DNA of 64,000 bases from Coniocarpon cinnabarinum (Eukaryota), in NCBI GenBank assembly GCA_051942205.1, contig JAVECO010000128.1:1-64000 (forward strand), in the 5' to 3' direction. The notes under the pieces were generated by a model. The model had not been told where the DNA came from. It saw only the letters and a program-made list of their open reading frames with translations, and searched no databases. The number at the start of each line of letters is the position of its first letter. The stretch's first letter is position 1. A program made the translations under genes and the position numbers. This document shows positions 36,784-49,692 of this stretch, one piece after another.

Positions 36784-37336
36784 TGGCCGTGACCAGCGCT
36801 GAGGCCGGAAAAAGCACTTCACGGTCCTCTTGGACATTCCAAGGATCCACTTGTACCGGACTCAACCGCATGAGCTCAATGTTTGCATCAAACCTCGCAT
36901 CCAGCCCTCCACACAGCCATCCCACGATTCTGTAAAAAGCACGACACTGAACAGTAGTCGACTCCACACCTTGCACCAGCAAGCTTTTCATTTCGTTTGT
37001 ATCAACTTAGCCGCCTCGGCGTTTCACATCCGACGCAGAGTTGCATCTTGGGCGCTCTTTCTGCCCGATCGGATCGGATCGAATCGGATTCTTTGACCAC
37101 GATGGGGACTCAGGACGGTGGGATCTTGCATAGCCTCGTGGCGGTTCACTTCGGGAGAAGTGGGACATGAACTTCAATGGAACGTGCGGTTGTCGCATGG
37201 TGTTCAGTTGAGTGAGTTTGTAGCTGAGATTTGCTGAGACGGTCTCTGTAGCTTTCGATGGCTCTGAGACGCGGTCTCGATTGCTCTCTGTAGCTTCGGC
37301 AGCCGAGACTCGCTTTCGATAGCTCTCGATAGCTCT

Positions 37337-37440
37337 GCACTGAACTGCACTGAACTGAACTAAACTGAACTGAACTAAACTGAACTGAACTGAACTGAAC
37401 TGAAACTACTGACCTCTTCCTCTTCCTCTTCCTCTTCCTT
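37337..37440. repeat. (ACTGA)n pentanucleotide tract followed by a (CCTCTT)n tract
   Basis: About 13 ACTGA-like units at 37337-37404, then about 4 CCTCTT units at 37413-37440. Confidence 0.92.
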
Positions 37441-37712
37441 GCTCCTTGCTGCAATTTGCCCATGCGAGGGCCTGATATCCCTCCTTCGTTAGCTACATTA
37501 AAGTCATGGAATAATCGAAGAAGAAGACGGCGATGAAGTACAACCGAGACCAGCTCATGGCATTAGAGCTGTCGTGGACTCAGAGCTGTCGCGGACTCAA
37601 AGCTTGATTTGAGCTCGTGCATTCGCGAGACTGAGATGGTACGCGTGGCTGGCACTGATGAGCTCAAAGTGGTCGCTTTATCATTGCAATGGATTTGTGT
37701 CTTGATTACACG

Positions 37713-37912
37713 CCTTGCCCTTCTCACATCTTGTGTTCTTCTCACATCCCTTGCCCTCTTCACATCCCTTGCCCTCTTCACATCTCTTGCCCTCTTCACA
37801 TCCCTTGCCCTCTTCACATCCCTTGCCCTTCTCACATCCCTTGCCCTCTTCACATCTCTTGCTCTTCTCACTTCCCTTGCCCCTCTCACACCCCTTGCCC
37901 CTCTCACATCCC
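37713..37912. repeat. 18-bp minisatellite, ~11 copies (consensus CCTTGCCCTCTTCACATC)
   Basis: Visible periodicity; gives hexapeptide repeats (CPLHIP, TSLALF, CEEGKG, RARDVK) in the ORF track. Confidence 0.95.
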
Positions 37913-38116
37913 ATAATCTTTACATACCTTATCCTTCATATCCCGCGTCTCCATCCCACAAGCTACATCCCACGTCTGCATCCCCCATCCTTCATATCCC
38001 GCGTCTCCATTCCACAAGCCTACATTCCACAAGCTACATCCCCACAAAATCCATCAAAAAAGGAACAAGACTAACCCCAAGTCAAGTCAATGGCTAGAAC
38101 AAAGACCAGATTACTT

Positions 38117-38240
38117 CGCTTCCAGTATCGTCACGCTTCTGGCATCGCTTCCAGTGGCGTACGCGTCTAGCATCGCTTCCAATGACGTTACGCGTCTGGA
38201 TCGCCACGGGTCTGACATCGCTTCGCGGTGGCGTTACGTC
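38117..38240. repeat. Degenerate 28-29-bp tandem repeat (~4 copies)
   Basis: CGCTTCCAGT..CGT.ACGC.TCT(G/A)GCAT-like units. Confidence 0.75.
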
Positions 38241-38828
38241 GAGGAGGGCATTACTAGTACAGCTACACTAGCACAGCTGCCCTAGCACAACTGCACTGGC
38301 ACAGCTGGAGTATTCCCTGAGTCCGGACAGTGCGTTCAGGTCGCGTTTCTTAAGGGGACTCAGCAAGCGATGATGGATCCGCGGATGATGGGAGTTCGCA
38401 CGAGACAAGTTGCGGATTGTAGGATTGGCGAAGGATAGCAAGGGGAACGGGGGGATGGGACGGAGCAACGAAGGTATGGAAGCAGGGGATAGGATGCAGA
38501 AGTGGCGGAGTGATAAGGAATAGAAGGGTCAAAGAAGGGACGGAGCGATAGGGACTAGATAGGGTTAAAGAAGGGAACTAGCCGGTATCGATGTAGAAGA
38601 AGTGATGATATATTATATTTGGGCTAGAGGAGCAAGGGACATAAAGATGAAGGACATAAAGATGAAGAGAGAACGCTATAGATGTATCAGAGTTGGATCA
38701 TGATGAGCATGGCATGCAGAGGTCAGCAAGGAGGGAACGGAAATGAAATTATGCGACGAGGAATGTGACGGCCTAACTGAGCGTGTAGCATAAGTAGAGG
38801 GAAGAACACAAGGAAAGAGGTTCCAGGC

Positions 38829-39016
38829 GAGGAACGGTGAGTATGAGGTTATTGATTCTTAGGTAACAGCAAGACGAGACATAGTAAGTATGAGGCTATT
38901 GATTCTTAGGTAACAGCAAGACGAGGAATATCGAGTATGAGGTTATTAATTCTTAGGTAACAGCAAGGCGAGGAATAGTGAGTATGAGCTTATTGATACT
39001 TAGGTAGCAGCAAGAC
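38829..39016. repeat. 47-bp tandem repeat, 4 copies
   Basis: Units start at 38829, 38876, 38923 and 38970; core AGTATGAG..TATT.AT.CTTAGGTA.CAGCAAG.C. Confidence 0.96.
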
Positions 39017-40581
39017 GAGGTCTGGCAGATGACGAGAGACGGTGATAAATGTCGAGGGTGTGACCTGTAGACAGTGGGCTAGGAGTCTGAGAACGAAGAA
39101 AGTAAATACCAGTCATGTCAAGATACTCATGAAATACGTTACTGCAATCATATGGTGATTCCAGACATCTCATGTGCGAAGACCTTCCTTCTAGCGCAGA
39201 GCATCACCAGGGTGCCACAAGTGGCGACAGCACCGCAGTGGAGTCTCGGCGTGTGTTTAGTTTAGAAACTGAATAGGTCTGCATACTTCACTACAGCAGC
39301 GAAGCGGGGTAAAAATGTCTGACAGTCCTGTGGTTACACGCGTTGGGGAGATCTTCAGGGAGTGAGCTGTCTCACAAAGTCTTCGCGGCACTGGGCAGCG
39401 ACGAGAGGAATCTCGAAGAAGCTCAAGATTCTTGCAACCAAATGCCAAGTCCTCTGGCAGGCTGGAAGACGAAGCCTCTTAACCATAGATGGAGAGCTCC
39501 AGAATCCGCTATCAAGCCCAGACCCAGATCATGACAAATTCAAAGGTGCCCACAGTCCTTCGGGATAGATGCAGGTTGACAGCACAGCACAGTGGAGCAG
39601 TGTTCAGTGTTCAGTGATCGAGGCTGCAATTTGCCTGCGCATGACGAGCCGCGTCAGTACGAAGCCGTGGAAGTGTGTTGAACTGTTCGAGTTTCGTATT
39701 CACATCGCAACATCGCATAACATAGCTGAAGGTGCTAGCAGTGACTTGTGGCGAATGGAGAAGGACCCTTGAGTGAGTCCGGCTACTGCTGCGTCTGTTG
39801 CCGTGTGACACAAGCTGTCGCGAAGGCGAGTGGCATGCATAACCCGCAAGGGGTTCTGAGAGCTAGTCAAAGTGCTTGGTCGACACTCCATTCCAAGAAT
39901 TCGTTTGAATCAAGGGCGCGCGCTGGCACACTGCTCAGTCCGCGAAAAAGGGCGAGGCTGAGTGCTGCGTTTGACTTGCCGTACACATCGCGGCCTTATT
40001 CGCTCTTGTTCAGCTTCCTTGTATGCATGGCCAGGACCACGTGGCGGAAACAGGGACGGCGAACACGAAACCCATCCACACTCTAGCTTCTCAAGCTGAG
40101 TGTGACCCCGCGAGCCGCACGTCGGATGATCGCAGTCGTTGAAACCCCTCTTCGCGGTCTCGTCATTAGTAGTTTGAATGTCGATCAGAAGACCTTCAAA
40201 GTCCCAGACGAGCCCTCGAACGCCACCAGAAATCGTACCGAGAGAAGCCGTGTGGAAAGCTGCACTCAGATTGCAAGCAGCCTTCTCTGTCCATTCACAT
40301 GCAGCTCTGACCATGAACTCATCTTCGATAGAGCAATGTCGTGAAAGTGTGCAACCTCCCATGGCTTTTGCATTCTCCCATCATGAGAGATGTAGCATTC
40401 CGCGAGGGGTCTAACATTCCTTGGATGAAGCGATTTCTAGGCATCAAGACTGCCTCAACAATCGAGTTAACAGTCGACGTACAAATGGAGCCTGTCTTGT
40501 GCTGCGTTTCGCTAGCATCTGTGCAGCTTGACGCAGGGTTGCCTAGGTTAAGTACTCGCCGAGGTTTGACGGGAGGGCACA

Positions 40582-42426
40582 ATGTTCAAGAAGCACAAAT
40601 CGTTGCAGTCCTGGCTTAGCAAGCCCGATATACAAAATGTGATTGCGGGTATATGTGTTGCCTTTTCCGCCGGCGTCTTCACTTCCCTGAACCTGTAAGT
40701 TGGTGACTGAGTGTTTGGCGGTCCTGGTCTTTACTGATGTTCTGAAGTCTGGGCGCCGGCGGGGGAAGACCCGAGGCGGCACATACCGTTCAGACAGCAA
40801 ATGCCATCCTGTGCGTTTCTCGCGAGCATGATTTGAAGTAAAACTGACATCAGAATGCAAGCTGTGCAGTCTGGGTCGTCTCAGGTCTTTTTGGCGGTAC
40901 TATTTTGAATATACTCGGCCCTGGACCTACATTGTCCATTGGTGTTGCCACATACACATTTTATGTCATCAGTCTCTGGTGTTATGAAGAGACTGGTCGT
41001 TCTGAGCTTCCTCTTGTTGGTGCGTCTTGCTACAGTCCCTTGTCCTGTTCCTGGAAAGGCCTGACCGTCTTATCATAAAGCCGGCGCAATCCTGGGCATC
41101 GGCGCAAGTATGCTTTGGACCACCGCAGGCCACATATCCGTTTCATATCCGGACGAGAAAAGCAAAGGCCGCTACATTGCAACACAGTAGGCTGCTGTTC
41201 AAGCACCGAGCGGAAACGGGGCTGAGGTTGACTCATGTTCAAATCAGGAACAATCTGATAGCTGTTGGTTCTGTCATCTGCGGTACCGTAAGTATCGAGC
41301 CCTTTCGCGAGCGAACGACTTTCTCATCGATTGCAGATACCATTAATTCTGAACAAAGACAACACTGCCAGAGATGGCGTACCTCGAACACTGTACATTA
41401 TCATGATGGTTGTGATGGGCTGCGCTGCATGTTTGGCTTTGCAGCTCATGCGGGCAGATAGGTTGCAGAGAGACGACGGCTCAGCCGTGACTCAGGAGAA
41501 GCCTAAGACTGCTCGACAACACTTACGAGCAAACATCTCAGCTCTCACAGACTGGAGGTTTCTGGCCATGTTGCCTGCCTTCCTACCCGCTGGATCTTTT
41601 CTCATCTATGACGGATCCATCAATGGTAAGCCCCAAGTCAGGATAATGAACAACGATGAATGCTAAGTAACAAAGCTTTTGGAAACTCCTTGCGGGCCCG
41701 GTCGTTGTGCTCATTCACAGCGGTCGTCGCTCAAATACCATTTGGATACGGATTGAGATTCATCCTTGATCACCCGCGCTTGACTCGAAGGTCGAGGGCG
41801 CTGGCAGGATTGACGATTGTAGTAATACCACTCGTGAGTATTTGGATTGTTGAGATGGTATGAGATTTCACGATTCACACAAAGCTTGAAATGACTTGAG
41901 CATAGTTGCGCGTTGCGAGACTGGACCGATCGACTCCACCGGCACAGGCTTTGGATTGGAGCGATCCAGGATTTGGCCAGGCAGTAGTCGTATTTGTAAC
42001 TTTGTGGGTTGCGTCGGTGAGTAGCTCCACATCTTGTTTCACGACGACCGTTGTCATGTAACGTGCTAACTGTTGTGACGCAAGATAATGTGGCAGTACA
42101 TAGTCCCGTATTTCATTGGCGAGTTGGCCGACTCTTGCACAAGACTGTCGCACTACATGGGGGCTTGGCGTGCGGTGTTGGCTGCGGGGGAGGCAATTTG
42201 CTTCGGATTAGACACGGCCAAGGTGCCGTACATCAAGTTCGCAGGAGGCATCCTTGCTTGTTATGGAGCTGGGGCTCTTGTGCTTTACGTGGGCGTCTTC
42301 ACCAGCATGGGAGATAGAGGACGGCCGCTGGCGGAGGAACGACAAGACCACGCTGCGATATCAGAGCGCGTTGCGAAGAAGGGATGGCACGTGTGTGAAG
42401 AAAAAGTCTCGTCAGATCACGTGTAG
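40582..42426 (+). CDS. UNC93-like (DUF895-type) MFS membrane protein, ~9 exons
   Basis: Hand-spliced product stays in frame: MFKKHK...LGAGGGRPE...GGTILNILGPGPTLSIG...YVISLWCY...GAILGIGASMLWT...SYPDEKSKGRYIATQ...GVPRTLY...AAGEAICFGLD. Confidence 0.88.
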
Positions 42427-42862
42427 ACGTTGCGAATGGTAACCTAAGACCAGTTCGGGCGCTGTAATGATACATCTCGGTTTGTCAGCGAAATGGTTTC
42501 GTCTTCAGATAGAAACAGAATTCGGCAGGCGGCGACATATTACAGGCAGTGTTCGAAAGAGGATGGGCAGAGTAGTATTCCGTAAACAGCGTCCACAAGC
42601 AGCTTGTGGCTGGAGTAGGGCTTTGTAGTAGGATTGTGGCACTGTGGCTTGGCGGAGGCCTTGCGGTGTTACGGCGTGCCATATGAGGTCATGCGCCTAG
42701 ACAACCTAATCTTGCAGACTGAGGTTGCCCGCGTTTGAGGCAGTGAGATATCGCTGCTCCCGACGTCCACATCTTCGCCGCTTCACCCCATACTCTCCAT
42801 CACATCGCCTGCTTTGGAACAACAACTTCCCCAGCCACGTGTTTCAATCCATCCTCCAGCCC

Positions 42863-45046
<2,184 letters not shown>

Positions 45047-45389
45047 TGTGCACAAGCACCGTCTTATTACGCTCTTGTGTGCCTTGTCATAATTGGGGAC
45101 GGTAGTATGCAATGATACCCACGGAGACCTCCTCAGCAATCACTCCAATATTGGACCCTGCCCGCTGTGAAGTACATAGTAGGGGATAATACATTTTACG
45201 CCGTGCCACGTTGTGTTCACATCTCGCTCACAAGTCCAAGCAGACGCGTTTTCGATCGTCAGCTAAGTCTCCTACGAAGCTCATACATTAGCGTGCTCAC
45301 CTACACTCCTCAGGCTCAACGACTGCTTCTGGCCGGTTTCTTAATTACGTGATTGAAGCAGTCTTCGTTTGGGTCTGTCGAAGGCCGCA

Positions 45390-46937
45390 ATGCCGCAACA
45401 CAATGGCTCGACTGAAAGTATCACCGGCTTTTTCCTCTTCGCCCTTGCCAGTTCGACTATTGGGCCCCTACTGTTTGGCTATCATCTTGTAGGTGTGGCC
45501 CCTGCGTTTAGATGATTCCACTGACATGTAAAGGCTGAGCTCAACGAACCGCAAGATGCTCTTACCTGTGCAAAGGGCGTCGCGATAAGTGCGTCAGTCG
45601 ATCTTCCTCCGTGTATACCGATGAATGCCACAGAGATTGGGCTTGTCAACTCTATTTTCACCATTGGCGGACTGATAGGAGCTTTGTTCGCGGGATACGC
45701 TGCCACAGTACTTGGTCGCCTACGTGCAATGCAATTCAACGACATACCATTCATCCTGGGTCCAATTATCTCTGCACTCGCGCCCAGCGTGGCCGTGCTG
45801 GCCGCGGGCCGCTTCTTATCGGGACTTGGAGCTGGCGCGGCTGTTGTGATCGTTCCACTCTACATTTCCGAAATCGCACCGCCAGCAATGAAGGGTTTCT
45901 TCGGAGCCTTTACTCAAATAATGACTAACGTTGGTATTTTCTCCACACAACTCATCGGACTCTTCCTGAGCCGCGGACAACTTTGGAGAATCATCCTTGC
46001 TGTTGGAGGCTGCTTTGGATTCATTCAGCTCTTCAGTCTTCTCTTTAGCGTAGAGAGTCCAAAGTGGTCTTTCGAGCATAGCGGCCCTTCTCACGCCAAG
46101 GCAGTCCTTACTCGCATCCGAGGCTCAACCTATGACGTGGCTGCAGAAGTGGACGCCTGGCACATGGACAGCGCTGAAAACAGGCAGGACGAACAGACGG
46201 CTCTTCTCAACGATGATGAGCATGAACGTTCAGATCATAATACATCGCACAAACATAAGGTTGTTGAAAAAGGTACAGTTGGTTTCCTCCAAGTTGCCAT
46301 ACACCCACGATACAATCGCGCAGTGCTCGCCGTTACTGTCGTCATGGTTGCACAACAGTTTTGTGGCATCAATAGCATCGTGATTTACGGTGTGACACTT
46401 TTGTCTGACCTTCTTTCGGCGTCGTCTGGATTACTGAACGTGTTTGTTGCGATTATCAACCTAATAGTCACCCTCCTTTGCGCACCGCTCATTGACAAGC
46501 TGGGGCGTAAAGCCTGCCTGCTCGCGTCTATGGCTGGGATGGGCAGTTCATCGTTGCTACTTGCGATCGCCATCATAAAGTCACTGCCTGCGCTCTCTGT
46601 CATATCTGTGTTGACATTCGTAGGCTCGTTCGGCTTGGGCCTTGGGCCTGTACCATTCATTCTCTCGAGCGAGCTGGTGGGGCCAGAGGCTTTGGGAGCT
46701 ACTCAAAGCTGGGCACTTGCTGCCAATTGGACCGCTACTTTTGTCGTCACATTCTTTTTCCCCAAGCTGAACCAAGCGCTTGGGAAAGGCAGAGTGTACT
46801 TTCTCTTTGCTGCATTGGCGGGTGCTTTTGCGGTACTGACTGCCTGGCTCGTACCGGAAACAAAGGGAAAGCGCGATGCTGATGAGGTCTGGGGTAGGAA
46901 GACCAATCAACAAATGAACCAGGAAGACGCAGAGTGA
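45390..46937 (+). CDS. Sugar-porter MFS transporter (GLUT-like, Vps73/YBR241C-like), 2 exons
   Basis: LFGYHLAELNEPQ, VPLYISEIAPP, VESPKW, QQFCGINS, GLGPVPF, VPETKG. Confidence 0.9.
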
Positions 46938-47216
46938 TGCTAAAACGCCAGCATTATTAGCAAGCCTGAAACACGTTATTGCTAGTCAGGCCCGCTCCGT
47001 CTGGCTAGTCTACTAGAGGTAGCCTTGGCAGAAAGCCACTGCAAGCTCTTTGACGGATCGATCAGCATCAGGCACGAACATAAGTATGCCCAAGGCCGCG
47101 TATACGTTGCTAAGGGGCAAATGTTTGTCATCATGGGGGTCCTTAAACAGGTGATAAGTCACGTCTCCAGCCTAAATTCAGGAAACGACGATTTCGTCTT
47201 TTCATCTCCTCCAAGC

Positions 47217-48988
47217 ATGAATATGGCAGAATGGCCGGCGACCATCAACCATCAACGACGCCCTCCGCAGAACTTTGCAACAGACCTGCGAATGTATTCG
47301 AAAGCAGTAGCATGGTGAGTTTCATCTTCTTTGGGCCTTCTCATGGTGGAGAAAGAAGTAGTCTGATTTTGTGGTCCAGGTCAGTACTGCTATCAACTGT
47401 GGTGATCATGGAATCTTTCGATGTTGTTGCAACAACTGGCTTCTTCAAGCTTGAGAGTTTTCAGAAGACTTTTGGTAAAAAGTCTGGCGTAGAGGTAAGC
47501 AGGAAACTTGATACCATCCGTGGCATACGATCCATCGACCGAAGCTCAGAATGTAGCGAGGTCGAAGAGATTCTGATGTTGAGCGTGCAGGAATATTATG
47601 TGCCGGCAAGTTCTCAATCCGGCATCGTCAATGCTGTCCTTTGTGGAGAGATCATAGGATTGATTTTGTGTGGTTGGGTGACCGAGCGCGCTGGGATGAG
47701 GTGGACGCTGGTCTGCGCGCTCGTTGCTCTCAGCGTTTCCCTGTTCCTACTGTTCTTTGCGAAGGGGGTGGGAATGTTCATCGCAGGCCAGTTCCTGAGC
47801 GGTGTTCCTCTTGGAGTGTTTCAAACACTTCCCGTCAATTACGCCCAAGACATTCTGCCGGACTCGCTGAAGCCATTCCTCACAACTTACGTCAACTTTT
47901 GCTGGGCTCTCGGAGGTTTGCTCGGTAGTGCCGTGCAACGCGCCACTATGCATATACCTGGTGACTGGTCCTGGCGGCTACCGATAGCTCTACAGTGGAT
48001 ATGGCCAGTTCCACTTGTCCTGGGAATCGTACTGGCACCGGAGAGTCCTGTGTGGCTCGTACGTTCCGAGAAAGAGGACGAAGCTATGCACAGCCTTCAT
48101 CGCCTCACTCCCAAGCCTGACGAAACATACGAGGTCATCGCTCGTACGAATGCGCACGAAAAGGAATTAACGGCCGGTGTTCAATATCGTGATTGCTTCC
48201 GTGGCATCAACATGCGCCGCACAGAGACTACCTGCATGGCCTGGGCGAATCAGATGGTTTGCGGGTCAACGCTGATGTACTTCGCCACAAGTTTCTTCCA
48301 GGAAGCCGGTATTAGCTCCGATACAGCGTATACACTGACCCCCGTGCTGTATGCCGTGGGCTGTGTTGGCACCTTTGTCAGCTGGTTCTTGATTGCATGT
48401 CTCAAAAGGCGAACGCTGTACCTGGCTGGAAACTTTCTCATGGCTGTCATCCTGTTCGGCATGGGCATCGCCGGCGTGTTCCCTGGCATTCTAGCAGCAA
48501 ATTGGGCTGCTGCAGTCTCGTTGATCGCCTTTACGCTTGTGTACGACTGCACAATTGGACCCGTGTGTTACTGTCTGGTCGGCGAGTTACCTTCTTCACG
48601 CTTGAAACAAAAAACCGTCCCTATCGCTCGATGCGTGTATCTCCTGCTTTCAATCATCTTGAATTTCCTTATCCCACCCATGCTAGGCAGGGAGGAAGGT
48701 GAATGGTGAGTTTTCCGACCGTGACCTCCAGGTGTCGCGCGCCTATGCTCGTCAAGAGGAGCATGTGGTTCACTGTTCTTACCCGACGTTGTGTCGGAAC
48801 GTTGACCAAAGAAGACAAATGGACATGCTGACAGTGAGAATAGGGGTTGGGGGGCCAAAACTGGCTTCTTTTTCGGTGGTGGATGTCTCTTGTCTCTGTT
48901 GTGGACCTACGCTCGACTACCCGAAACCAAACACCGAACGGTAGAAGAAATCGACTTCATCTTTGAGCGCTTGCATGGAACACAATGA
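47217..48988 (+). CDS. Alpha-glucoside/maltose-permease-type sugar porter, 4 exons (start uncertain)
   Basis: YSKAVAWSVLLS, FQKTFG, LTTYVNFCW, WSWRLPIALQWIWP, APESPVWLVR, YRDCFRGINMRRTE, LVGELPSSRL, WGPKTGFF, LPETKHRT. Confidence 0.9.
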
Positions 48989-49692
48989 CCCGAGCATGCG
49001 GATGCACCGATAAGTCGAAGGCGGGGACCGTGTCGACCACTGCAAAGAACAACACCTAATATCTAAGACTCTGCGAACCTCAATGCGAGAACATAAGCAA
49101 GCGAAGTGATTTGACGTCGGCCAGTACCGGTTAGCGAAGATTCCTTAGGTGGACAAGAGGAGCAGCGCAATGGTTCATACTGTCGGCATACATGTACGGT
49201 TTGCCTGTACTCCCACCTCGTCTCTGCGGCAATGCTCTGTCTGCTGCACACTGTCGTCGGACTGTCCTGCACGTGATGTCATTGTTCAGGAAATGCGGGT
49301 GTCCGGCTCGGCAGGGCTACAAGTGCCGAGTCTGGGCGTCAGAAAAGGCGTGGTGGCGTGCGAGGCTGAAGGTTCCCGTCATCAGTGTGCAGATTGCCCC
49401 TCGCGCCTGCCACATAATGCTCCTGTTCCTGCATCGCCCCACTATTTGAGCCTGAGAGCCCCTTTGTCTCTCCGCTGTGAGGTATCATCACGGAACAACA
49501 CCCTCTCCAGTGCCATTATCATCGGTACTTGCGTTCCTCTTGGTTGCCGACCCATCACCATGGCAGCCTTCAAGAACTTCACGCTTGGACATGGCTGCCT
49601 CAGCTGCACTTGTTTTCGACTATCGAAGAGACTTGAAGAAGCTTGAATTGTCATTTCACTACGGGTCTCGCGCGCTGCAACGGGTCTGAAAA

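Noticed and set aside
35914..36837. 307-aa antisense ORF over the STE20 kinase domain (and similar shadows over GH30, TRM7, BCS1-like and LIM genes)
   Set aside because: Antisense shadows expected from GC3-biased codon usage; most lack an ATG start.
38558..38570. TAACCCTA on the minus strand as a telomerase RNA template
   Set aside because: A single 8-mer in purine-skewed sequence. I could not identify a pseudoknot or CR4/5-like element by eye; a covariance-model search would be needed.
38829..39016. CRISPR-like array (conserved block with a more variable segment)
   Set aside because: The variable part is under 10 nt and homologous between units, there are no cas genes, and the genome is eukaryotic. 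It is a minisatellite.
39257..40582. Cluster of 60-150 aa ORFs upstream of the UNC93-like gene
   Set aside because: No coherent exon chain or motif found; treated as intergenic.
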